Shown here: positions 17,440 through 26,089 of the stretch, piece by piece
How the letters are laid out: each line of letters opens with the position of its first letter
Numbering within the stretch: the stretch's first letter is position 1
IMG/VR virus record: IMGVR_UViG_3300032218_000521
Span: 1-30,070 of that record
DNA length: 30,070 bases
Source: a virus
Taxonomy: Duplodnaviria; Caudoviricetes
Strand: one strand, 5' to 3'
The notes under the pieces: generated by a model
Told to the model about the DNA's origin: nothing
What the model saw: only the letters and a program-made list of their open reading frames with translations
Database searches by the model: none
Translations under genes and position numbers: made by a program

Positions 17440-18401
17440 TGGCTGATCTATTCCAAGGGGCACCACTACCCGATACAACCACTACAACTGAATCGCAAAA
17501 TACTGCGCCACAGTTTTACACCGATTATTTGCAAAACGTAGCCAACATGGGCCAGAATGCGGTCCAGCAAGGCGGCGTAGCAGGCTTGGGTGGCCTTACC
17601 CAGCAAGCCATGAACTTGGCCCCCACAACGGGTTTTGCTGGCTCTGGCACCACAGGGCAAGCCGCTGACTTAATCAATCAGGCTGGCCACGCTACATCGG
17701 TTGACAACATTAGCAATTACATGAACCCCTACCAATCAAACGTAGTGGACGAAATGTCGCGGTTGACTAACCGAAACATTCAAGAAAGCATCTTGCCAGC
17801 ACTGGAAGCGGCGGGCGTAAGCACTGGAAACTACGGTGGTTTACAGCAACAAAACATGATTAGCCGCACCTTGCGTGATATTCAGGCTGACCTTCTAGGC
17901 AAACAGTACGGCGCACTAAACACTGGCTATCAAAATGCAATGACTACCTCTGGCAATGATTTGTCCCGTGGCGTCACTGCTGGCCAAGCGCTAGACACTA
18001 CTGCGCAAACGCAAAATGCAATTGCACAGTCTGGTTTGAATCAATTAAACACATTGGGTAAGCAACAACAAGCGCAAACGCAAGCGCAACTTAATAACCC
18101 AATGGACATTGCACAGCAATATGCCAAGTTGTTTGGCACGCCGCAGATTCCAACTGGTAAAGTTGAGGCTAAGACGGGACCCGGGACCCAAGGCCAGTAC
18201 GGTATGAGTCCAATGCAACAAGTTACATCGCTTGCCGCTTTAATCAACGCGGCACAAAGTGGCAACTACAGCAACATGACAAACACCGTAACTCCGCCCA
18301 AAGTAGCCAGCGGCGGAAGCATTTCACAGCACCCAGAAGGGGCAACCCATGTTGATGACAATGGGAACTATTACGACATGCATGGAAACTTGGTGATCTA
18401 A
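17439..18401 (+). CDS. Putative DNA transfer/ejection protein
   Basis: Gln/Ala/Gly-rich; YMNPYQSNVVD motif typical of podophage DNA-transfer proteins. Confidence 0.65.
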   Translation: MADLFQGAPLPDTTTTTESQNTAPQFYTDYLQNVANMGQNAVQQGGVAGLGGLTQQAMNLAPTTGFAGSGTTGQAADLINQAGHATSVDNISNYMNPYQSNVVDEMSRLTNRNIQESILPALEAAGVSTGNYGGLQQQNMISRTLRDIQADLLGKQYGALNTGYQNAMTTSGNDLSRGVTAGQALDTTAQTQNAIAQSGLNQLNTLGKQQQAQTQAQLNNPMDIAQQYAKLFGTPQIPTGKVEAKTGPGTQGQYGMSPMQQVTSLAALINAAQSGNYSNMTNTVTPPKVASGGSISQHPEGATHVDDNGNYYDMHGNLVI

Positions 18402-20132
18402 ATGGAAACATCAGCACAACCAGCAGGCGGTCTTCAACAAGCGGCGGCAATGCAAGCCCAAGAGCCGCAAAACAATGCGCCAGAAACACCACAAGCACCG
18501 CCTGATCCGATAGCGGCAACGTTAGAAAAAACTCGCCAAGGCAGGCAACTGCTTAATGATCAAATTATGAAGTTGCAGTCTGCGTTAGAAAAGCGCACGC
18601 AACCACAGTTTGATCCAAAGGCTTTACGTCTTTTGCAGGAATCAACGCGCCCAACTAAAACAGGGCATTTTCTTGAGGCTTTAGGCAACATGGCTGGTGG
18701 CTATGGCGAAGCGCAAGAGTCAGAAATTGCTAGAAACATAGAAACAGAAAAAAGCAAACTTGACTTATTTACCAAGCAAAAAGAAATGCTTGAAAAAGAA
18801 GCCAATCAAGAAATAATGATTGCGGACTTGGTTAAAAAAGGAATGTTGCCAGCATCTGCATTAGGCCCAGCCTATGCTAATTACAAACCAGAAGCAAAGC
18901 AAGCGCAACCAGTAATAGATCGCGGCCAACAATTGTTTGACAGGTATGCTGGCCAAAGCGCGCGCCCAAATGAACAAGGCAATACAACATCTGGTCCAAT
19001 CGTTCCACCAAGCAAAGCAACTAACTACGTATCACTATCGCAAACAGATCAACAAGATTTGCCGCAAGGCAATCAAATACGCCCTGTCAGTTACAGCGAT
19101 TTGGTTTTGTTTGGACGCATTGCGCCTGAATATGGCAAACAATTAAAAGCAGAGTCTGATGAATACCTCAAAGGATTGATTACAACCACTGAAGGCGTCT
19201 ACAACAAATGGACTGGCAAGTACGACTTGAAATTTGACAAGCCAGTAGAGGCTCAGTTTGCATATGTAGATGGCCCGCAAAAAGTTATGTCTAGCGTTTA
19301 TGACGATTACAAATATTTGTCAGAAATATCTGATAAACGCAATTTGCCACAGAATGAAAAAGAAATGTTATTAAAACGGTTCTACGCGTCTAATGGAATT
19401 CAAAGCGAGTTTGAACGCGAGAAGAAAAAAGAAGGAATGAAGGCTGACGTTGCTGTTGACAAATTTGGTAAAGAACAAAAAATTCTTACAAGCGAATCAG
19501 TTAACAAGCAGTCTGAGCAAGACCTTGCCGCCTCTGCTAAAACCGCAAACACTATGCGCAACATTGGTGAGTCTGTATTTAATCTTGCAAACGATCCAAA
19601 AACTTCTGCCGCGTTTGGCCAGTTTTCTTCTACAGACCTTACAAGCATTATTGGAACCATTACAAAAGGCTTGAAGATTGGCGATGCTATCGATCAAGAA
19701 AAAATTGCCGTTATGCTTGGACGCAACATTCCAAAACAACAAGGCGAAACACCGCAACAATACGCCGCAAGAAAACAAACTGTGCTTAACGCGCAGACCT
19801 ATGCGGCAAGTCAACTTGCAACGCTTGAGGTTGCATATTCGCAAGGCTTGCGTGGCCAAGGTCAAGTGTCTGACAATGAACGTAAACTTATTCAAAGAGT
19901 TGGGCCACAAATTTCTGCAAGCCCATTAATTGTTGCGTTGAAAGCACAAATGGTTATGGCTCGCGCATCACTTGATGAAGCGTCAGATCGTTTGTATGGC
20001 GAATACAAAGAACGCAATCCAAATGGTTCTTACAGAGACTTTAAATACAGCGATCCAAAATATCGTAAAGCAGTTGCTACTTACGATGAAGGTTTGCGCC
20101 GTCTAGAGAAGCATGCGTTTGGAACTGAATAA
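18402..20132 (+). CDS. Putative large helical ejection protein
   Basis: 576 aa, helical; GQGQVSDNERKL motif; position in the ejection cluster. Confidence 0.6.
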   Translation: METSAQPAGGLQQAAAMQAQEPQNNAPETPQAPPDPIAATLEKTRQGRQLLNDQIMKLQSALEKRTQPQFDPKALRLLQESTRPTKTGHFLEALGNMAGGYGEAQESEIARNIETEKSKLDLFTKQKEMLEKEANQEIMIADLVKKGMLPASALGPAYANYKPEAKQAQPVIDRGQQLFDRYAGQSARPNEQGNTTSGPIVPPSKATNYVSLSQTDQQDLPQGNQIRPVSYSDLVLFGRIAPEYGKQLKAESDEYLKGLITTTEGVYNKWTGKYDLKFDKPVEAQFAYVDGPQKVMSSVYDDYKYLSEISDKRNLPQNEKEMLLKRFYASNGIQSEFEREKKKEGMKADVAVDKFGKEQKILTSESVNKQSEQDLAASAKTANTMRNIGESVFNLANDPKTSAAFGQFSSTDLTSIIGTITKGLKIGDAIDQEKIAVMLGRNIPKQQGETPQQYAARKQTVLNAQTYAASQLATLEVAYSQGLRGQGQVSDNERKLIQRVGPQISASPLIVALKAQMVMARASLDEASDRLYGEYKERNPNGSYRDFKYSDPKYRKAVATYDEGLRRLEKHAFGTE

Positions 20133-21961
20133 TGGATTTTGGAAAACTGTCCACAGACCAAGAACGAATTAGAAATCTAATCGTTCAATATGCTAACGAG
20201 CAAGGTGTAGACCCTGAGTTAGCGCAGGCAGTTGGTTGGACAGAAAGCAAGTTTAGACATAACGCACTTGGTCCAGAAACCAAGTATGGACGTGCAATTG
20301 GTCCTATGCAAGTTATGGGAACCAATGCGCATGGCTTGGGCATGAAGTCACATGAGTTGTATATACCAGAAAAAAATGTACAGGCTGGTGTGCGTTTGCT
20401 TAAAGAAAATTTGGACCGTTTTGGTGGCCATGAAAATGCCGCTTTGGCCGCATATAACGCAAGCCCACACTACGCAGAAAATTACGTTAAAAACAATTAT
20501 GACGAAAAATATTTACCAGCAGAAACGCGTAGTTATTTTCAAAAAGTTGCTGAAGTAAGGGGAAAAACCATGACTGACAAATCTAAAAAAGATGAAATCA
20601 CTGACGAAGACTTGGCCAAATTTTTCCCTTTTCTTGCTGGTAAAAAAACAGAAAAGAAAGAGGGCAAAGACGATATAGGTCCAAACCCTTTTGGCGAGCA
20701 TTTGTTTAAACCTGCGGTAACACCATCAACACCAGCGGCTGAAGGCAAGGAATTGTTGTCCAGCGTGCCAGATGCGTTACGCAATCAAGAGGGTGAAATA
20801 TCACCACTTCCAGCCATGGGGATGGGTTTGGCCGCTGGAGTAGTTACGCCGTACATGGATAAAAAAACCATAGCGGACCGCGAGACACGTCAATTAAATG
20901 CCAAACAGGCTTTGACCCAAGCAGAGGCAGAGCAAACAGCATTTCGCAAAGCGGCGGCAAATTTAGCCCAACAACAGGCTGGCTCTACTTCAGCGCTTGA
21001 ATCTGATTTTTTAACCAAGCAAGGCAATGCGGCAAAGTTAGAGGCGCAGTTAGCACAAGCAATGCAACAACATCAAGAAATGTTGCCAGAAGAATTGCGT
21101 GGCGCGGCCAAATATACCGCTGGTGTGTCTGGCAATATGGCCCCAGAAATTCCATACACTCAAATTAAAAAAGCGCAAGACTATTCCAAATATAAAGACA
21201 ACAGCGCTTGGAACATCATTGAGCGCAATCAAGACGCTATGGCTAAACAAAAGGCCATGGGTTTGGGTGGCATGCAATTAGGTCCAGCAGGGCCAGACCA
21301 ACTTGTATTGCCACAAAACATAGCGGCAGAAAAAAGAACCAATGTAGCGGACGCTATCAAACAAGCAGAAGACAGAGTCAATGCTTTGCGCGAACAGGCT
21401 AACGCGGCTAAAGCAGAAGCGGCGGCGGCAGAGGCTATGCATAGGACTCAAGCAACCAATGCAAGCAGGACCCAAACAAAATCCATTGAAGACCTATCTA
21501 AGCGCGCTGGCAACGTAGAGGCGGCACAGATTGTTAACAAAGAAGTTAACAGGGGTAACCTTGGACCATTTGGCAAAACAATTACAGCGCTTGGCGGCTC
21601 CGCGCTTGGCAAGGGCTTACAAATGGCAGGTGGGGTAGGGCTTGGCTACGCAGTTACTGAGGCTGTGAATGCCTATAACGCGGGCGAGACAGGCAGGGCG
21701 GTCAAAATGGGCGCTAGTGCTGTTCTACAAGCAATGTCAATGTTCCCAGCAGGAACACCAATAACAGCCGCCTTAAAAGCCGTCGGAATCGGCGGCGGAT
21801 TAGCCCTAGAAATAATGGACGCCTTATCCGATAGAACGCCTGCGGCCCAGCAAAAGGCGCAACCGCAGGCCAAAGGAGCGCTCTCTTCAATCTATAACCA
21901 GCCGAGTAGGAGTAATACCACCACGCTGGCCCAAGACGCGTCAGGGCGCTACCATATTTAG
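20132..21961 (+). CDS. Virion-associated lytic transglycosylase (SLT domain) ejection protein
   Basis: GVDPELAQAVGWTESKF (catalytic Glu), AIGPMQVM, NVQAGVRLL, ALAAYNA, ETRSY; then coiled coil and hydrophobic Gly-rich C-terminal helices. Confidence 0.85.
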   Translation: MDFGKLSTDQERIRNLIVQYANEQGVDPELAQAVGWTESKFRHNALGPETKYGRAIGPMQVMGTNAHGLGMKSHELYIPEKNVQAGVRLLKENLDRFGGHENAALAAYNASPHYAENYVKNNYDEKYLPAETRSYFQKVAEVRGKTMTDKSKKDEITDEDLAKFFPFLAGKKTEKKEGKDDIGPNPFGEHLFKPAVTPSTPAAEGKELLSSVPDALRNQEGEISPLPAMGMGLAAGVVTPYMDKKTIADRETRQLNAKQALTQAEAEQTAFRKAAANLAQQQAGSTSALESDFLTKQGNAAKLEAQLAQAMQQHQEMLPEELRGAAKYTAGVSGNMAPEIPYTQIKKAQDYSKYKDNSAWNIIERNQDAMAKQKAMGLGGMQLGPAGPDQLVLPQNIAAEKRTNVADAIKQAEDRVNALREQANAAKAEAAAAEAMHRTQATNASRTQTKSIEDLSKRAGNVEAAQIVNKEVNRGNLGPFGKTITALGGSALGKGLQMAGGVGLGYAVTEAVNAYNAGETGRAVKMGASAVLQAMSMFPAGTPITAALKAVGIGGGLALEIMDALSDRTPAAQQKAQPQAKGALSSIYNQPSRSNTTTLAQDASGRYHI

Positions 21962-21982
21962 GAGCAGTTGCCACTCTCCCTT

Positions 21983-22004
21983 GCCCTCTTCGGGGGGCTT
22001 TTTT
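21983..22004 (+). terminator. Rho-independent terminator ending the late operon
   Basis: GCCCTC-TTCG-GGGGGC stem (cUUCGg loop, one G-U pair) followed by TTTTTT, at the convergence of + and - operons. Confidence 0.85.
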
Positions 22005-22290
22005 ATTGCGTGTTAACAATAATGACGTGTTCTTCAGGCTTGATTTGGTCACCGTCATAAGCCCTAACGTTAGGGTCCGCATTGGCCCAGATGACCATTT
22101 GGCTGGCAACCTCTGGGTTCAATGAACGAACAAAGTTGACACAGGTTTGCAGGACCGTTTTTTCGACTGACTGGCCATACTGAACGTAATCAACGTCAAA
22201 CGCAAGCACAGCATTTGGCCTTTGCCAGCCGCTTTCAAGATACAAGGTTTTGTAGTGTTCTTCTTTAAGAATTGGCATCTTTTTCTCCAA
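22003..22290 (-). CDS. Hypothetical protein
   Basis: ORF overlapping the exonuclease stop; last gene of the leftward operon. Confidence 0.6.
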   Translation of the reverse strand: MEKKMPILKEEHYKTLYLESGWQRPNAVLAFDVDYVQYGQSVEKTVLQTCVNFVRSLNPEVASQMVIWANADPNVRAYDGDQIKPEEHVIIVNTQ

Positions 22291-23047
22291 CTTTGTTTTT
22301 GAGTTGCCAGAAATTAAACAGGCTTTGAAACATCAGCCAACCGCGCTTTAGGTCATCTTCGGACCACTCCACGATCTTCACTAGCCCTGCCTTTGTACGG
22401 CTAACAAAGATGTTTGCACAGCGCGCGGCAGGCATTTTTAAACCCATGCGGTAGGCGGCCAACTGCATCAAATGTTCGTCGTATCCAACAACCTTGCTAG
22501 GATCGTAAAACTCCTTTGTTTTGATGTCTACAACTATGCCAGCAGGGGTCCAAAGGTCTACCTTGCCACCAAAGCCCAGAGGGTGACAGAACGAATCCTC
22601 ACACTTCCATTCACGCCGCTGGAAATAGTCAGACAGGGCTTGGTGTACTGCTTTGATGTGCAGGCCATGCCGAGCGTCGCTACCAGTCTCATAGAAGTTT
22701 TGGATGGCCGCATGAATGTCAGTTCCCGCATCCGCCGCAGATCGGCCCTGCTCTTTTGAATCGTTGATTATTCGATCAAGATAAGTTTTTTCAGGTTCGT
22801 CTGGGCGGCGGGGAAGGGTCAACGCGGCGAGCAAGACTTGTTGCTGTAGCCACGTGGTTAGGGCAGGCTTGGCGGCCACATTCAAGATTGTGGTAACCGA
22901 TGGCACCAAATCCAGTTTGCGGGCGTCACGTAGGGTTGTGTTGCGTTGCAAGCCATTGGCGGCCTGCACGGTGTACATAGGCTCACCAGAGCGGGTATAC
23001 CAATGGCCAGCCTCAGTATTGCGGGTTTCCTTGGCTTCTAATGTCAT
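22265..23047 (-). CDS. PD-(D/E)XK (Cas4/RecB-like) phage exonuclease
   Basis: PSVTTIL, GTDIH, E, GKVDL, VDIKT, QLAAY motifs. Confidence 0.85.
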   Translation of the reverse strand: MTLEAKETRNTEAGHWYTRSGEPMYTVQAANGLQRNTTLRDARKLDLVPSVTTILNVAAKPALTTWLQQQVLLAALTLPRRPDEPEKTYLDRIINDSKEQGRSAADAGTDIHAAIQNFYETGSDARHGLHIKAVHQALSDYFQRREWKCEDSFCHPLGFGGKVDLWTPAGIVVDIKTKEFYDPSKVVGYDEHLMQLAAYRMGLKMPAARCANIFVSRTKAGLVKIVEWSEDDLKRGWLMFQSLFNFWQLKNKVGEKDANS

Positions 23048-23268
23048 ACTTCCCTCACTTTCATCATTGCGTCTGCGTATCGGTATGCCTGATAAGAAAC
23101 TCGGTCATCGAAATCTTTTGTGTTTCTAGATTCATAAGGCAATGATTTGTCTTCAAATTGAATTAGTGCTTGCATAGCATGCGCCGCGAAGTAATCACGC
23201 AAGGTCATGCCGACTTGCCCTGTGTAGTCTTCTGTTGCTTGAAGTGGAAATGCTTGTATATCTTTCAT
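23044..23268 (-). CDS. Small phage protein of the 'GMTLRDYFAA...ADAM' family
   Basis: AFP...GMTLRDYFAAHAMQALI...AYRYADAMMKVRE. Confidence 0.8.
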   Translation of the reverse strand: MKDIQAFPLQATEDYTGQVGMTLRDYFAAHAMQALIQFEDKSLPYESRNTKDFDDRVSYQAYRYADAMMKVREV

Positions 23269-23549
23269 GCTTTAGCCTTTGCAGGGCGGCCACGTTTCTT
23301 TGCTGGCGGGCGGCCACGGCGCTTTGTTGCTTTGACTACAGTCTCTGGTCCAAGGGCTTCGGCTTCTGCTTTGAAATTTTTATAAGCATCTTCAAAATTT
23401 GATTCTTTTTGAATGTTTTGCGTATTATCTAAATGCTCGGCAACTTGATACATTGTTTCCATATACCGAACAAGTTGTTCTGTTTGTTGCTGTAATGCAT
23501 ATTTGATAAACAAAAATTCATCTGTTTCAACCGTTAAATTAATTTTCAT
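23265..23549 (-). CDS. Small protein with two C-terminal AT-hook-like motifs
   Basis: Likely start ATG 23549 (MKINLTVETDEF); C-terminus KRRGRPPAKKRGRPAKAKA. Confidence 0.65.
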   Translation of the reverse strand: MKINLTVETDEFLFIKYALQQQTEQLVRYMETMYQVAEHLDNTQNIQKESNFEDAYKNFKAEAEALGPETVVKATKRRGRPPAKKRGRPAKAKA

Positions 23550-23550
23550 T

Positions 23551-23937
23551 TTAAAATTTCCTTGTAATTTCAAGTTGTTGTGTTTCTTTATTTTGAGAAG
23601 TAAAAATACAGCCACTACCGTATTTTTTGTGTCCCCAACTAGCGGCACCACTTTGCAAAGTATCTAAATCAAATTCATTTACAGGTAAAAAAACAGTTTT
23701 TGATATTGGTAAATCAAGCATGACGGTGCGTAAATGCTTTCGCACTGATCCAAATTCATATTTATGTTTTCGTTTTTTTGGTTTTTTTGGTTCTAGTTCG
23801 GCAATTTTTAAATCACCTATAACTTCACCGTCTGGAAAAAGAATAGCAAACGGCAAATTTAATCCTTTAAAGAATGCTATGTTTTGCGTAAGTATTTTTT
23901 GTTGCGTTGTTGTTAGGTCAAAAAGGGATGTCATCAT
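23551..23937 (-). CDS. Hypothetical basic protein, possibly DNA-binding
   Basis: MMTSLFDL... with KKPKKRKHKY patch; AT-rich; overlaps the SSB-like gene stop. Confidence 0.6.
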   Translation of the reverse strand: MMTSLFDLTTTQQKILTQNIAFFKGLNLPFAILFPDGEVIGDLKIAELEPKKPKKRKHKYEFGSVRKHLRTVMLDLPISKTVFLPVNEFDLDTLQSGAASWGHKKYGSGCIFTSQNKETQQLEITRKF

Positions 23938-24580
23938 CCATCTCCTCAATTTTGTTACGGGGTTGATTAAAAGATTTTTTGGGCGTTATATTTCCGCCGT
24001 CGTTCTGCGCCTTCCACTCTGGTGAAGATTTAATTTTTTCGCGCAGTTTGTTGCCAAATGTCTCAAACAATTCCATGTCTGGATTGTCTAAGTCAAACCA
24101 CACCAATGGGTTATGGCCTTTAGGAATAGTGTCTTTCAACATTCTTGGCACAGGGTTAATTGCAACAATATTTGTGTATTGATTGCCATCTCCACCTTCG
24201 CCTTTTGCAATGTTTAAAAGCGCCCAAGCACCTAAAACATTTTTGAGTTGAAAGCCATTTAATTCTTCAATGGTGAATGGTTGACCGCGCCATGTTTGTA
24301 AGTCTTTGCGCAGTGTTGCTTTTTCATTCAACGACAACGTGTAGTTCTTACTGATGCTCATTGGCTCGCCCTTGGGTGTAACAAGTTTGTTGCCCTCTGC
24401 ATCATCACCATGCACCTCAAATTGCACCATCACTTTGTAGTTGACAGTTGGCTTGCCTTGATAGGAGCCAGTCTGAGTTCCCATGTCGATGATGCGGTAG
24501 CACCGACCTAAATACATACCTTCTGGTACAGGGGTAAAAGAACCCCCGCCACCACCGCTAGATTTCGCTATTAATGCCAT
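23918..24580 (-). CDS. Phage ssDNA-binding-like (putative OB-fold) protein
   Basis: RBS GGAG before ATG 24580; FTPVPEGMYLGRCYRIIDMGTQ...SLNEKATLRKDLQTWRG; C-terminal DDDIPF identical to the bacterial SSB tail. Confidence 0.75.
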   Translation of the reverse strand: MALIAKSSGGGGGSFTPVPEGMYLGRCYRIIDMGTQTGSYQGKPTVNYKVMVQFEVHGDDAEGNKLVTPKGEPMSISKNYTLSLNEKATLRKDLQTWRGQPFTIEELNGFQLKNVLGAWALLNIAKGEGGDGNQYTNIVAINPVPRMLKDTIPKGHNPLVWFDLDNPDMELFETFGNKLREKIKSSPEWKAQNDGGNITPKKSFNQPRNKIEEMDDDIPF

Positions 24581-24633
24581 GTTTTTCTCCAAGTTAAAAG
24601 GTTTCGCTAACACACAATTTTTGTTGTGTAACG

Positions 24634-24670
24634 CCATCATACACTACTTTTTTCAAATGGTGTATCATGG
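24634..24670. promoter_or_regulatory. Symmetric divergent promoter/operator region
   Basis: Inverted repeat CCATCATACAC-N15-GTGTATCATGG; gives TACACT-17-TATCAT rightward and TACACC-17-TATGAT leftward. Confidence 0.55.
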
Positions 24671-24694
24671 GGTAAAACAATTCAAAGGAACCTA

Positions 24695-24904
24695 ATGACA
24701 CTCAACGAATACTTCCAACACCTTCCAAGAGGTTCTAAGACCAAACTAGCCAAAGCAGTTAACGTTAGCAAGACTTGGTTGGCGCTGGTCATCAATGGCC
24801 ACCGCATCCCATCCGCAGAGTTGTCTGTGGACATTGAGCGAGCAACAAAAGGCAAAGTAACCAGAAAAGAACTGCGCCCAGACATCTTTGGAAAATTGGT
24901 GTAA
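24695..24904 (+). CDS. Cro/YdaS-like HTH transcriptional regulator
   Basis: MTLNEYF...KTKLAKAVNVSKTWLALVINGHRIPS...IERATKGKVTRKELRPDIF. Confidence 0.85.
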   Translation: MTLNEYFQHLPRGSKTKLAKAVNVSKTWLALVINGHRIPSAELSVDIERATKGKVTRKELRPDIFGKLV

Positions 24905-24938
24905 CATACCGTTAAACAACCACAGCGAAGGAAAAGCG

Positions 24939-25712
24939 ATGCACTACTACAAACGAAATCTTGGCGACTATGCGAAGAAGGCTGGCCGTCTAACAATGCT
25001 TCAGCACGGAGCGTATAACTTATTGCTCGATGCGTGCTATGACCGTGAAGCATTCCCAACAATGGACCAAGCGCTTGAATGGACTTGGGCATCATCTCAG
25101 GCTGAAATTGAGGCGGTGACGTTTGTCTTGGGCAGGTTCTTTACATTGGATAACGAAGGCCAATACATCCAAGAACGCATCCAAGATGAACTAGCAAACT
25201 ACCATGCCAATGCAGAGACAAACAAACGAATCGCTATAGAACGTGAGGCGAAGCGTAAAGGAAATAGCACGAACCGTGCACCAACCGTAGACGAACCGCC
25301 ACCTAACCATAAACCATTAACCAAAGAACCAGTAGTTGGCAAGCCAACAAAAGGCTCACGCCTTTCACCAGACTGGATGTTGCCAAAAGAATGGGAAACA
25401 TGGGCGCAGTCTGAAAGACCTGACTTGAACATCCACAAAACGGCCGAGTCATTCCGCGATTTCTGGATTGCGAAGGCAGGGGCTGGTGGCGTCAAACTTG
25501 ATTGGCAGGCCACATGGCGTAATTGGGTCCGAAGCCAGAAGGGAAGCACCGTGGCCGCAACCCCTATAGCCATCCACCACAGCGTTGAAAAGACTAAGCA
25601 GTACATAGATGACGTATTTGCCAATTCAGCGGCTCCAAGCCCTGAAATAAGGGCAAAGATGGCGGCTTTGTCTAAGGCCGCAAAGGAAGTAAATGTCCAG
25701 AAAAAAGCCTGA
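24939..25712 (+). CDS. Phage replication initiation protein (DUF1376/YdaU-type N-domain, DnaT-like C-domain)
   Basis: MHYYKRNLGDY...LTMLQHGAYNLLLDACYDRE; C-terminal RLSPDW...FRDFWIAK...KLDWQATWRNWVR; directly after the cro-like gene. Confidence 0.8.
   Translation: MHYYKRNLGDYAKKAGRLTMLQHGAYNLLLDACYDREAFPTMDQALEWTWASSQAEIEAVTFVLGRFFTLDNEGQYIQERIQDELANYHANAETNKRIAIEREAKRKGNSTNRAPTVDEPPPNHKPLTKEPVVGKPTKGSRLSPDWMLPKEWETWAQSERPDLNIHKTAESFRDFWIAKAGAGGVKLDWQATWRNWVRSQKGSTVAATPIAIHHSVEKTKQYIDDVFANSAAPSPEIRAKMAALSKAAKEVNVQKKA
25268..25331 (+). repeat. Iteron-like repeats, putative replication origin
   Basis: CACGAACCGTG / CACCAACCGTA / GACGAACCGCC in tandem, then AACCA repeats; AACC recurs at spacings 11, 11, 11, 7, 7, 8 in the initiator's linker. 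Confidence 0.6.
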
Positions 25713-25884
25713 ACCAAAACTTGACTGTGGTGTCTACCAGTGCCAGAACAGGTGGGTGGTCCACATCAACGGTCAATATTTCTGCCGCCAACATGCAGAT
25801 ACTGACCCAAAAGATTGGTCAAGACTGGCCCGTGACAAATTAATGGAACCACCAAAAAAGGAACAGTGGTATGACGAAATATGA
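25693..25884 (+). CDS. Small putative Zn-finger protein
   Basis: CGVYQC...FCRQH; RBS AAGGA. Confidence 0.6.
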   Translation: MSRKKPEPKLDCGVYQCQNRWVVHINGQYFCRQHADTDPKDWSRLARDKLMEPPKKEQWYDEI

Positions 25885-26089
25885 AGCAAACCAAAAACTC
25901 CAAAAAATCCGCAGTGGGGATTTACGTGCCATTGGAAAGGCCGAAATCACAGAATTACTCATACTCACAGGAGATGCTGGAGCATATGTACCAGTGCGAA
26001 GCGAGGGAGTGGATGCGCAGGCGTGCGACGAAGATTGGCGAGGTAGGGTTAGAAGCCGCGCAATTGTGGTGGGCCAAAGTAAAAGATGA
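25871..26089 (+). CDS. Hypothetical phage protein (overlaps next gene)
   Basis: MTKYEANQKLQKIRSG...LILTGD; start overlaps the preceding gene end. Confidence 0.45.
   Translation: MTKYEANQKLQKIRSGDLRAIGKAEITELLILTGDAGAYVPVRSEGVDAQACDEDWRGRVRSRAIVVGQSKR

Noticed and set aside
22265-23047. Cas4-like nuclease as a sign of a CRISPR system
   Set aside because: No repeat-spacer array or other cas genes; the four-Cys Fe-S pattern is not evident; stand-alone phage exonucleases are common
25199-25717. 172-aa antisense ORF
   Set aside because: Fully opposite the well-supported replication gene; no motif
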